Shown here: positions 37,500-49,445 of the stretch, piece by piece
How positions within the stretch are numbered: the first letter of the stretch is position 1
Layout of the letters: each line of letters begins with the position of its first letter
Source of the DNA: Mobula hypostoma
Taxonomy: Eukaryota
Assembly (NCBI RefSeq): GCF_963921235.1
Contig: NC_086097.1
Coordinates: 128,590,001-128,654,000, forward strand
Length of the DNA: 64,000 nucleotides
Direction of reading: 5' to 3'
Made by a program: the position numbers and the translations under genes
The notes under the pieces: model-generated
What the model was told of the DNA's origin: nothing
The model's input: the letters and a program-made list of their open reading frames with translations, nothing else
Databases searched by the model: none

Positions 37500-38145
37500 A
37501 GGAACTAACTAAATACTTTGTTAATCACACTTCTTCTGGTAAACAATCGCTGCAAACAATAGCCTGTAACTTCCTTTTGGACTTGGAGGCAGTGGGCCTG
37601 TTGCCAAGATCAAGGGAAGTCCTGGGGTTGATTTAAGCGCCGGGCCAAATTGGAAAGGTCAGGTACAGGCAGAATTGGGGCAGTGGGGTCTGGGGTCCAG
37701 GCCGCAGAACCCAATGTTTGGACAACGATTTAAGCACTGGGCTGAATTAGGGTACAGCCATATCAAGGTGGTGGGGTCCTGGTCCCAGAGCATATCAAAG
37801 TGACTGAACCCAATGCTTGGACCATGATTTAAGCACTAGGCCAGATTGAAAAAGTCAGGGTGTCGGGGGCCCGAGGCGACGGTCAGCCCAGTTCAGCTCG
37901 CTGTTCGTTCACATTTGCTCTGCTCTGCGCTGAACTGGGGGTCTGTGGATGGATTCTCTTTCATGGACTTCAGTTCTGAATGCTATTTGCTTGCTTTTAT
38001 TGTTTGCATGATTTGCTTTTTTTCTCTCTCTGCACGTTGGTTGTTTGAAGGTCTTTTTTAATTGTTTCTTTTGAGTTTCTTTGTTTTGTGGCTGCCTGTA
38101 AGGAGACAAATATATATATGAATGTATACACACTTTGAACTTTGA
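37500..38145 (+). mobile_element. Non-autonomous element with internal ~98-bp tandem units and a Rex-type tail
   Basis: GATTTAAGC..GGGC units at about 37630, 37727 and 37826; TTTGAACTTTGA tail. Confidence 0.55.
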
Positions 38146-38166
38146 GCATATGTCAGTCCCTGTTAT

Positions 38167-38660
38167 AAGTTCAAAGTTCAAAGTACAATTTATTATCAGA
38201 GTATATACATGTCACCACAAACAACCCAAAGATCCTTTTTTCTGCGGAGGGGGCTAAGTACATATCCTTGCAGTGCTCCTGTGCTGATAGAGATTGTGGA
38301 GGAGATGTTTTTGCCAACCCAAACTGACTGGGGTCTACAAGTGAGGAAATCCAGGATCCAATTGCACAAGGGGATATTGAGGCCCCTTTTAGAGTTTACT
38401 GATTAGTTTAGAGGGGATGATGGTGTTACATGCCGAGCTGAAATCAATAAAGAGCATCCTGATGTATGTAACTTTGGTGTCCAGATGTTTCAGGGTTGTG
38501 TGAAGAGCCAGCAAGATAGCATCTACTGCAGACCTGTTGTATCGGTAGGTGAATTGGAGCTGATCCAAGTCATCACTCAGACAGGAGCTGATATGCTTCA
38601 ACACCAGCCTCTCAAAGCACTTCATCACTGTGGATGTAAGTGCCACTGGGTAGCAGTCAT
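38167..38660 (-). mobile_element. Rex1/Babar RT fragment
   Basis: [32 protein letters not shown]. Confidence 0.85.
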
Positions 38661-38759
38661 TTCAACATATCTCAGAGCAAATCCATCAATCCCACTCATT
38701 TTCCTGTAACCAATTCCCTCAGCCTATGAGACCTCCTGATTTTTTCCACCATCCACACA

Positions 38760-38915
38760 GACCAGCAGTGAACAAGAAACCCAATAATCAGCAGAGCTTT
38801 GGGATGTGGAAAGAAAAAATAGTACCCAGGGGAAAACTCATAGTCACAGGAAGAACATGCAAACTCCACACTGACAACACTGGAGGTCAAGAATGAACCA
38901 TGGTTGTTAAGGCTT
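38760..38915 (-). mobile_element. V-SINE fragment
   Basis: Minus-strand GTGTGGAGTTTGCATGTTCTTCCTGTGAC. Confidence 0.6.
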
Positions 38916-38974
38916 TCAAACAGTTCCAGTGTCCTGGTTCTTTCCCATTATACTGCCTGCTATGTACTCAGATA

Positions 38975-39965
38975 GCTGGTAGTCTTCCTGCCTCAGGTTG
39001 TGGTTCAGTCCCATTCCAGAGACTCATGAATTAGGAACAAGAGTAGGCCACTCAGCCCTTCAATCTTGAATGGAAAATGTAGACAAACACCCTAGAGCAG
39101 GGTCAGGGACAGAGGTACCATTCTTCAGATGAGACATACTGGCGTTAGTTTATTATTGTCACATTTACCAAGATACAATGAAAAGGATGTCTTGTATATT
39201 GTTCATATAGATCAGATCATTACACAGAGCATTGAGGCAGAACAATTACAATGCAGAATAAATTGTGACAGAGAAAATTCAGTATAAGTAAATAGTAATG
39301 TGTGCAAGGTCACAGTGAGGTAGATTGTGAGGACAAGAGTCTATCTTGCTGCACTGGGAAACAAGTTCATAGTCTAATTAGAGTGAGATAGAAGTTGTAC
39401 TTCAGCCTGACAGTTCTTGCTCTCAAGCCTTTCTACATTCTGACCAATGCAAGAGGGGAGAAGAGGGAATGCCTGGAGTGGGCGGGGCCGTTGATTATGC
39501 TGGCTGCTTTACTGAGGTATGAGAGGCATAGAGAGTGCCCATAGTGGAGAGTCAGGTTTCCATGATGTGCCAAGGTGTGTCCACAACTCACTGCATTTTC
39601 TCTCTGTCATGTGCAGATCAGTTGTCATACCAAGCCGTTATGCACACAGATAGGAAGCTTCTAATGGTGCATTAAGGGTCATCAAAGACGTGCCAAATTT
39701 CTTTAGCCTCCTGAGGATGTAAAGGTATTGGTATGCTTTCTTGACCATGGTGTCAACATTCTTGGACCAGGTTGATACATGATTTTAAAATGAAGCCATG
39801 TCGATTCACTTCATTGAAATGAAACAATGCCCAGGGATTATATTGAATTATCTGGTATCTTGGCCAACATTTATTAATCGATCAACTTCAGTAATATTGA
39901 TTATCTGCTCACTTTCATAATAGTTTGTGAGAGCTTGCCATTCCCAATTTTGTTGCTTCATTTCC
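38975..39965 (+). mobile_element. Ancient Deu-domain SINE interrupted by a minus-strand Rex-type fragment (about 39145-39770)
   Basis: Decayed GGTTCAGTCCCATTCCAGAGACT, TTCAGATGAGACAT, CTTGGCCAACATTTAT, TTTGTGAGAGCTTGC blocks recognised by eye. Confidence 0.5.
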
Positions 39966-40399
39966 TGTCAGAAAATATGCTGAAAGAGATAAAGAGAGGC
40001 AGATGTGAATATTTTTACCGGATGAATGTTGCTCTGAATATGTCTCTCTTAAATTATCAGAAAATTGCTCAGAAGCAATGACGCAAAATGTGGCAGGCAC
40101 CCTTCCTTGGTTTTATTGTAGAGTGCCTGATGTCAGTAGAATCATGAAATCATAGTGCTGAAGTGATTCAGAAATTAATTCGAGTTAGTCTGTCAGCAGC
40201 AAAGACAATTTATTTCAGAGTTTCAACCTGACTGATGCATCAGGAGAATGACGAATAATGTTTTCTCACCTGCTTTACCTGACTGACAGAATTGTGGCAA
40301 TATATAATGCAATATATAATGTTTCATTTCAATGAAGATAGAAAGCTGAGAGACACAGATAGAGTAAACAGCCAGTATCAATATGTTTAATACTCGAGG

Positions 40400-41300
40400 A
40401 CAATTATTTAAGATGAGAGTTGGAAAGTTCAAAGGAGATACACAGGCACTTTTTCACACGAAGAGTAGTGGATATCTGGAACGTGCTTCCAGGGGTGGTG
40501 ATTGAGGCTTTTAAAGGGCTTTTGGATAGGCACATAAATATGCAGAAAATGGAGGGATATGGACCATGTGTATCAAAAGGAATTAGTTTAATTAGGCATC
40601 ATGATCATAATTAGTTCAGCACAACATCTTGGGCCAAAGTTCCTGCGCTGCACTGTTGTATGTTCTATGAAGACGTTAATGTACTTGATCAATGTTCCAC
40701 AGTGTTAGCGGAGCTACTGTTTCCTGCTTGTTAGCAGTTGCTATCCACAGGATCACAATACATTTTATTGAAAAACAAGAAGATCACATTAATCTACCTA
40801 ATTGTATTAAGCCAGTGAAATGTTCATCTTACAGACCTGAACCGGTCTGATTATATTATCCTTGACACTCTCCCCTTTCACAAATAGAATCAGCAAATTT
40901 ATAAAACAGGAATATGGCATTCAGTCCATGATGTTTGTGCTGGTAACAAAAGGGTTGTTCAGCCTAATCTACCTTATCCCCAGCTCTTCAAGTATATTGT
41001 GAGAGACAATTGTGAGGGTGGACAGTCAGTCTTTTCTACAGAAATGTCAAGTACTAGAGGACGTTCGATTAGGTGAAAGGAGGAAAAGTTTGAAGGAGTT
41101 GTGCAGAGTATTTTTTTTACACAGAGAGTGGTAGGAGCGTAGAACTGCCTGCCATTGATAGTGGTGGAAGGGGATGTGATTGCGGTGTTTACAATACCTT
41201 TAGATAAGAGGTGTAAATGTTAGAGAATGGAAGGGTACAGATCATGGGCAAACTGAAGACATAAAGTCTATTCCTTTTTGGTACTTTTCTATGTTCTATG
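40400..41300 (+). mobile_element. Two old CR1 3' ends (about 40400-40670 and 41010-41300)
   Basis: TTTTTCACAC.(A)GAGTAGTGG motif, 3' UTRs, TTCTATG tails. Confidence 0.7.
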
Positions 41301-41409
41301 GCTTAGTTCTTCCAGCATTTCTGATCTTTGTTGATTTTTAAACCTAGAGAGGGTTACTGATTTCACCACCAGTTCAGGCAGTGAGTTCTAGATCACCACT
41401 GGCTGAAGA

Positions 41410-43335
41410 AAATTCAAGATTGTTTCATATCATTTCCTGTACCTAGGTGTAAAGGAGAACAAAGTAATAGTTACTCTGGATTTGATGCAAAAGGAATACA
41501 ACACAAAAGATAAAGAGTACAATAATAATAAAAAAACACAATAAATATAAATACATCAGATAACTTTTATGCAGTACATAAATTGACTGTATGTCCATAA
41601 ACTGTTGCTAGACTTTATATAAGGAGACTGACAGGAAATAATAAAGTAGTGGTGGAGTTAGTGGGTAGAGATGTTGATAAGCCTTACTGCTTGGGGAAAG
41701 TAACTGATTTTGAGTCTGGTAGTCCTGGTGTGGATGTGTGCGAGGCCTGGTGCCAGGCAAATAACTCCTTCCTTAATGTTAACAAGTCAAAGGAGATGGC
41801 TATTGGCTTCAAGAGAACTCACATCATTCATACCCCCTTTTACATTGGCGGCACAGCAGCTTCAAACTCCTGGGAGTGCACACTCACACAAACTCTCATG
41901 GTCCCAAAACACACTCTACTCAGTAAAGAAAGCTTACCAATTACTCTACTTTCAACCAAATGTTTCCGCATCTCAAGATTCAAGATTGCTTAATGTCATT
42001 TCCAGTACTCAGGTGTAAAAGAGAATGAAATAGTGGTTACTCTGGATCAGTAGATGCTATATAGTCTCTTCCCTGATTGAAGTGGGACTAACAGTCCATA
42101 AGCAGTGTGGGTGGGATCCTTCATGATGCTTCTGGCCCATTTTCCAGCACCTTTCTGTATATACGTGCTTGATGATAGGTAGGCTGGTGCTGGTGATGCT
42201 TCGGGCAATCTTGACTACCCATTGTAGAGCCTTCCTGTCCACCACAGTGCTGCTTCTGTACTAAGCTGTGATGCAGCATGGTGGGATGTTCTCCGCTGCG
42301 CATCTGTGGAAGGATGTGAATATAGATGTGTACAGTCCGGCTCTCTTCAGCCTCCTCAGTTCTCCCTTCTAATCCTGCAATCCAATTACCTACTTTCATC
42401 CTACTTACTAATATTTTGATCCCTCTGTGAAGCAGATCAGGTCTTACCCATTCAGTCTATGTAAGTCCTTTATTATGTTTTACACCTTAATTAATTCTCC
42501 CCTTTGCCTTACATGCTCTGAAGTACCACGACAACAACCTCTCACTCAAAGTCAGTAAACTAAAGAACAGATTATTGACTTCAGGAAGGGGAACGAGGGT
42601 GAATATGTGCCAGTCTACATTGGGGGACCAACGGTTGACAGGGTCGGCAATTATAAATTCCAGGGCTTAACATATTGGATGACCAGCCCTGGGCCCAGCA
42701 AAGAGAAGTACAGCAGCATCTTTACTTTTTCAGGAGGTTTAGGAGGTTCAGCATGTCATCAAACACTCTAGCAAACTTCTAAGGGTGCACTGCTGAAAGT
42801 ATCTGGACTGACTGCATCATGGTCCCACACAACAATTCAACAGTGCAGGAACATTAGAAGCTGCACAAGCATAGTGGACTCAGCTCGATACTTCACTGGT
42901 GCATCCCTTCCCAGCATCAAGAGTGTGGTCCTTTCTACATGAGGTGCTACCTCAGGAACATCTGTCATCAAAGATCCCCACTCAATCAGCCATGCCAGAT
43001 TCTTGCAGTTACCATCAGACAGGAAGTGCAGAAGCCTGACATCCAATGCCACGAGGTTCAAGAGCAGCTACTTCCCTACAATCATTCAACCATGAACAAC
43101 CTACACAATTGTAATGACTACCTCAATGTAGCAACAATATGATCATATTGAGCACTTGCACTACAATGGACTTTGAAGTCTAATTGTGTTCTCTTCTAAT
43201 ATAATTTTGTATAATTTATGCTCAATTTATGTTTCCCTTGCAAATGTTTTGAGTTGATGCGGTGTCTGTGATACTGCAGCAAGTATTTTTTTTCATTGTA
43301 CCTGTGCGTATGATAATAAACTCAACTTTGACTTT
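41410..43335. mobile_element. Cluster of Rex1/Babar fragments on both strands
   Basis: WCQANNSFLNVNKSKEM; NNLSLKVSK, NF.GCTAESI, LPSDRKCR motifs; TTTGA tail near 43330. Confidence 0.7.
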
Positions 43336-43449
43336 GAAAACAACACTGAACTTTCCAATTTTCCCCCAATGCTGACATTGTCTGATCCAGGCAACGTCCT
43401 CAAGAAAGAATGTGAACTTAAGCCTTTCACCAGGGAATGGACAGAAAAG

Positions 43450-44520
43450 CAGTACTGAGCAAAAGTCTTAGGCACATTTCTATAGCTAGAGTGCATAAGA
43501 CTTTTGCACAGCACTGTAGTAATGTTATGTATTGCACTGTACTGCTGCCGCAAGAAAAAGACTGATTTCATGACATATGGGAGTGACGATACCTGATTCT
43601 AATATGAGTCTCTATAGTGCACTGAGAGTGGGAAGAGGGCAGGGAGAGTGGAATCAGGCCTTGGTGAGACCACACCTGGAGTATTGTGTGCAGTTTTGGT
43701 CCCCTAATCTGAGGAAAGACATCTTTGCCATAGAGGGAGTACAAAGAAGGTTCACCAGATTGATTCCTGGGATGGCAGGTCTTTCATATGAAGAAAGACT
43801 GGATGAACTGGGCTTGTACTCGTTGGAATTTAGAAGATTGAGAGGGGATCTGATTGAAACGTATAAGATCCTAAAGGGATTGGACAGGCTAGATGTGGGA
43901 AGATTGTTCCCGATGTGGGGGAGGTCCAGAACGAGGGGTCACAGTTTGAGGATAGAGGGGAAGCCTTTTAGGACCGAGATTAGGAAAAACTTCTTCACAC
44001 AGAGAGTGGTGAATCTGTGGAATTCTCTGCCACAGCAAACTGTTGAGGCCAGTTCATTAGCTATGTTTAAAAGGAAGTTAGATATGGCCCTTGTGGCTAC
44101 AGGGGTCAGGGGGTATGGAGGGAAGGCTGGGTTCTGAGTTGGATGATCAGCCATGATCATAATAAATGGCGGTGCAGGCTCGAAGGGCCGAATGGCCTAC
44201 TCCTGCACCTATTTTCTATGTTTCTATGTTTCTATGGTTGGGAAAAGGGGAAGAGAGAGGGAACGGAGTGGGAAGCATGACAGAGACATTCTGTAATGAT
44301 CAATAAAGCAATTGGTTCGAATCAAATGACCTTGCCTGGTGTCCCAGGGCTGGGTGCATCTGTACCTGTGCCAATCCCCACACCTGGCACCTGTCCTACA
44401 CCCCTACTACGGTGCTCCACCCTCACCATTCACAACATCCTTAGCTCCCGTCGGATTTACAAAATCACTCTCCGCTCCTAGTTATATATATGTGTGTACC
44501 AAGACTTTTGCACAGTACTG
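43450..44520. mobile_element. Tc1/mariner-type MITE-like element with three TIR copies
   Basis: TIR CAGTACTG(T/A)GCAAAAGTCTTAGGCAC forward at 43450-43475, reverse at 43491-43516 and about 44495-44520; each reverse copy is followed by TA. Confidence 0.7.
43656..44236 (+). mobile_element. Young CR1 3' end nested in the MITE; near-identical to 26263-26782
   Basis: LVRPHLEYCVQFWSP…GGKAGF; (TTCTATGT)n tail. Confidence 0.95.
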
Positions 44521-44524
44521 TACC

Positions 44525-44840
44525 CAGGGCAACACTGCAGTAGAGAATTGAAGGAGTGCTACACTGGTAGATATGCTGTGCTTTGGATAAAACATTAAGA
44601 TCTTATCTTTTCTCTCATGTAAGAGGAAAAGGTTCGATTATGAAGAACTGAAGGAGCTCTGCTCAGGATCCAAGTCAACATCTGTCCCTCATCCAAAGCG
44701 TTACATCATCAGATGTGGGGTGGGGTAATGCTCACACATGCTCTGATGTGGGTGCTTGCTGTGCACAAACTGGATGCTGCCTTTCCAACATTACAGTGAC
44801 TTCACTGCAAGAGCACCTTGTCAGTTGAGAAAGATTGCTT
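44525..44840 (+). mobile_element. Ancient Deu-domain SINE remnant (AmnSINE1/SacSINE1-like)
   Basis: GGAGTGCTACACTG…CTTTGGATAAAACATTAA…GTGGGTGCTTGCTGTGCACAAACTGGATGCTGCCTTTCCAACATTACAGTGACT. Confidence 0.6.
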
Positions 44841-45329
44841 TCTGCCCACTTCTTTTTGCATAATTATATGTGTCAGTGGCACTTGCTTCCACTCTGTATG
44901 GTGAATTTGCTCAGCTACCAGAGGGAGGTGCAGCGAAAATGCAAATAAGTGTCTGCATTACAATCCTTTCCCCCACTCTTCTAGGACTCTGTGGCTGATT
45001 TTGGGCTTGTCCCACTTTCTTTCCTGCTTCGTTGCAACTATAACCACAATACAAACAAAGTGGAAATGCATGATAAATTGTGCAGAGAAAGCAGTAGAGG
45101 CCACTGGCAAAAAATGCAGATGATAAAGGAAGAGATTTCTTGATGTGGGATATTTTAATCAAGGTGATATCAATTAATTGACATGTCGAACCAAACTTCT
45201 ATTTTCTAGAAAGGCTGCGGAACTTCCATTTATCAAATAAGCCGACGATTAAACGATCAGTATAATCATTGGAAAGAATAAGGCTGGTTATTGCTGAGAT
45301 GACTCTAGTTTGTTCCTAAATGTGAACTT

Positions 45330-45740
45330 TTAGCCAGTTTTACCTATTCTAAATATGGGTGATGTATTAATCAATTATATATGTATAAAATAATTAAATT
45401 AAATAGGTAGTGCAGAAATAGAAATAAGAAGGTAGTGAGATAGTGTTCGTGGGTTCAATGCCCATTCAGAAATCGGACGGCAGAGAGGAAAAAGCTGTTC
45501 CTGAATCACTGAGTGTGTGCCTTCAGGCTTCTGTACCTCCGTCCTGATGGCAGCAATGAGAACAACGTATGACCTGGGTGCTAGGGGTCCTTAAAGATGG
45601 AAGCCACCTTTTTCACTCCTTGAAGGTGTTTTGGATACTATGAAGGCTAGTGCCCATGACGTTGCTGATTAAGTTTACAACTCACTGCAGCTTATTTTGA
45701 TCCTGTGCAGTAGCCTTCACCTGCCAGATGGTTATGTTTA
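45330..45740 (-). mobile_element. Rex1/Babar 3' fragment
   Basis: Minus-strand CCATCAGGACGGAGGTACAGAAGCCTGAAG…TTCAGGAACAGCTT. Confidence 0.7.
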
Positions 45741-47084
45741 GGGACTTCCTGCTTTTTCCCAGTGCAAATAATGATCATCTACATTCTCTTCAGATTCTAG
45801 TTATTCTATTCTCTATTTTGTATTTTGTTATAAACCTATTTCCAATTATCTATACTTCCATATCAAAAATACAAAGGAGGTGATTATTTTACCAATAAAT
45901 TCCATTACTAGGATTGCATTAACTATGGACATCTTTGCAGAAAATGCATTCAGATTATCCCTCTGCTCTGCTCTATCCATGAGCGTGACATCTGTGGATT
46001 CAGCTTTGTTGCTGCAAGCGTGGGGTATTGGCTGGGTAGAGCTACAAGTAGAACATGCTTAATTGCAGGCACTTACTCTCAAATGAGCAGCAGAGTCTGG
46101 TGCGACAATATATCATGGTCATACCACAAGGTACAGTCAGTCATTAAAGGTACCCTCGCATTGTGCTGTTTCACCTTAAAATCTGCACAAACCAATTTAC
46201 ACATTTGAACCTCTTCAGCAGTAAACAATAAGACATATGAGCCAAACTAGGTCATTGAGTCAACTCTGCCAGTCAATCATGGCTAGTTTATTTTAATTCT
46301 CAACCCCATTCTTTTGCCTTCTCTCCATAATTTTTGATACCCTTACTAATTTAAGAACCTATCAAGCTCCACTTTAAATATAGATTCAGATTCATTAAAT
46401 GATTATATGTACCTTGAAACATACAATGAAATTTATTGTTTATGTTAACAACCAAAGATGTGCTGGGGGCAGCCGGTAAGTGTTGCCACATGACTCAGCA
46501 AACAACATAGCATGCCCACAGTGTTCAGCAGAACAACCCCCACAAACAACAGCACGACAACAACACCAACAAAGCAAAGCAAGGCAACAGCAAAACAGGC
46601 ATAACACACTCAAAATGCTGGAGGAACTCAGCAGGTCAGGGAGCATCTACAGAGCATCGATATTTTGGGCTAAGACCCTTCTTCAGGACAAAGCAAAACC
46701 TCCCTCCCGAATACCCATTAGTTGACCACCGAGCTATCAATTCCATCATCGATGTCACCGACCCCTGTGGAACCCCTGCAGAATAGGTTAAGTATTTGCT
46801 GTACATATACAGCTCACATTATCAACTTGTCTTCTTGATATCTACAATCTCCTCCACTGTAAAAATGTACTTGACTTCGCTCGTGTGCACTCCAAGTGGT
46901 CCGTCTTCAAAGATTGAAGGATAGCGTTATTCGTTACATGTATAATCTAAACTTTGAAACATACAGTGAAATGTAGTTTTACGTCAACAACCAACACTGT
47001 CCCAGGATGGTGCTGAGGGTAGCCTGCAAGTATCATCGCTCATCCAGCATCCACATAGCGTGCCCACAACTCACTAGCCCATAT

Positions 47085-47235
47085 CTTTGAAATATAGGGG
47101 GAAACTGGAACACCTAGAGGAATCCCATGCAGTCACAGGGAGAACGTACAAACGCCTTACAAACGGTGGTGGGAATTTGACCCAATCGGTGATCGCTGGC
47201 GCTTTGAAGGGATTGGGCTAATCACCACACTACTG
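47085..47235 (-). mobile_element. V-SINE
   Basis: Minus-strand GGGTCAAATTCCC…GTTTGTACGTTCTCCCTGTGACTGCATGGG. Confidence 0.65.
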
Positions 47236-48199
47236 TTGGCCAGAAAGAACTACAGTCTGCAAATCGGTGAATTCAAATGAATCAAGGATGGTGGAATTGT
47301 CTTTGTTCCTGCCACTTACTTGGAGATGGAGGCTGCCATTTTGTGGAATTGTCTTCAGTCCTCCATTTTGTGTGTTAGTTGCTTGGCTTGATTAGTGCTT
47401 TAAAGAAGACACAATGATGCCTCAGGTAATCTGCTGAACTACAAATCATTTCCAAATAAGAAGTTATTTGTGAAGAGTTCTTTGGTTAGATATAACATGC
47501 AGGTTTGTAAATGTTGTTCTGTGTAATTCAAGCTGATAAGAACAAAAAGCCATAAATTACCAATTGTCACTTGTTGGGAAGAGGGCAACAAATGGATGCT
47601 GGCCTGGAGCAGAGCCAATGAAAAGGTGCTAAAGGTCAGACACATGACTGACAACCAATGACATTGACGTGCAATATTTGAATTGGTAAGAAATGGATAT
47701 AAAAGCAGATGCTTCAAGTTTGCTGGCAGTTGTAACTCTGTATGAGAATGACTATCGCGGATCTGAGGCACCCCACGATATGTGGAGATTCAAAACGAAA
47801 CTATGAGGAGCACATGGCCAGCAGCAGAAATCCTTTTTAACTGACAAGATCTTTTCAGTTCTTTGACTGTTCATGGAAGGTCAGGAAAACCTAATAGGTG
47901 TGCATCCAGCTATTGATTGTGTAAGTTCACGAGATCTTCTGTTGAGACAATAAAAGTACTTGTCTGTAAATACAGATCTCTCTGTGCCTCTCTGATCACC
48001 ATTACAAGGGGTGATTCTTGTAACACTACCATGGTGTCCCACCTCCTCTGTTTATACTTACCCTGTGCCTTACCTTCTGGCCCATCACATTGATGCTGGT
48101 CTTATTGCCACTCAACATTAATCCCAATGGCCCACAACAGGGCGAACAAATGAAGTGGGGAAGCGTGAGGTCATGCACTGGGGAAGAGAAAACTAAGAG

Positions 48200-49445
48200 A
48201 AGATTATTTCTTAAATGGAGAGGGACAGTACAGAGGGAACGAGGTGCTCTGGTGTATGAATCACAAAGACCTTGCAGGCAGGCCGAACATGTATTTCAGA
48301 AGGTAAGTAGAATCCTGGCCTTCATTACAAATGAAACCCCCTGGTTTCCTTGTCTAGGGAAGACAACTTTTGGCCCCGCCAAACTCGTGAGATTGAGGTG
48401 CTCTCCCATCCCAAACCCCTGTTTGTCTGGTTACTGTGTAATTTGCTACCCTGGTATGAATTAGTGCCAGGAAATAACAAACAGTACACTGCATACGGTT
48501 AGAGGAATTATATTTATAAGTCTTAACTTAACTAAAGGGCTGGTAAAGAATAACAGAAAGAAAAGGGCCCATTCTAATTAAACAGTCAAATATGCACAGA
48601 TTGGAGCTCATCTTCACCTTCTCTGTCACTCACACTCCGGGCCCTCGGTCAACATGAACGCCCACACCACCTTCCGAACGTCGTTCGTAATCCATCTCAA
48701 ACAATCAGGTCTCCCACCAGATTGTATGCTATGAACGGTTCGCCCCGGCTCTTCTGTCTTCATCTCCCGCCGAACAAAAGCCCAGGACCAACTTCATTGT
48801 CCCTCACCAAGAAAACCTCCCACGAATTGGATGGCACACATTCCTCATCATCCCTTATCTTCAACAATAACCCAAACAGGCTGACAGCAGAACAACTGCT
48901 CTTACAGAGCTGCTAAATGAAATACCTACAGCATAACAGTAAAGATGTGAACCAGGGCACTACACAAAGGAGATGGAGTTCAAGAATAGGGAGACTTTGT
49001 TGCAGTTGTACATGGTGTTGATGAGGTTACACATGGAATACTCCATACAGTTTTGCTCCACTTGCCTAAAAAAATATAGAGTAACTTTGGAGGTGGTACA
49101 AAGGAGATTCACCAGACTAATTCTTGGGATAAGAAGGTTGTCCTACCAGGAGAGAATAAGTAGTTTGGGCCTCTATTTCTTGGGGCTACATACTTACAAG
49201 TTAAGGAACCAGTCACTTAAAACCGAGATACATGGAATTTTTTTTCTCCCAGATGGTGGTGAATCTCTGGAGCTCTCTGTCAAAGAGGTGGAAGCTGGAT
49301 CATCAGAAGTATTAAAAGATGACTAATATGTGGCAGATCGAGGAATAGAGGGGCACGGTGAAATGGCCAGCTTAGATCAGCCATGATTACACTAAGTGGT
49401 GGAGCAGGCTTAAAGGGCATGATGGTCTATTCCTAGTCCTTAAAA
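48200..49445 (+). mobile_element. Old CR1 fragment split by a solo LTR
   Basis: ILAFIT / EFKNRETLLQLY…QRRFTRLI continuous across the insert. Confidence 0.8.
48332..48964. mobile_element. Solo LTR (Gypsy-like)
   Basis: TG…CA termini with imperfect inverted repeat (CCCTGGTT/AACCAGGG); 4-bp TSD CAAA at 48328-48331 and 48965-48968. Confidence 0.8.

Noticed and set aside
37620..37870. Regularly spaced repeats as a CRISPR-like array
   Set aside because: The whole units are homologous to each other (no unique spacers), the context is eukaryotic, and there are no cas genes.
43577..44137. 186-aa ORF with ATG start
   Set aside because: MITE sequence fused to a truncated CR1 ORF2 C-terminus.
46720..46910. 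Short minus-strand peptide (EDGPLGVHTSEVKYIFTVEEIVDIKKTS)
   Set aside because: No recognisable homology or splice acceptor; the upstream flank is repeat sequence.
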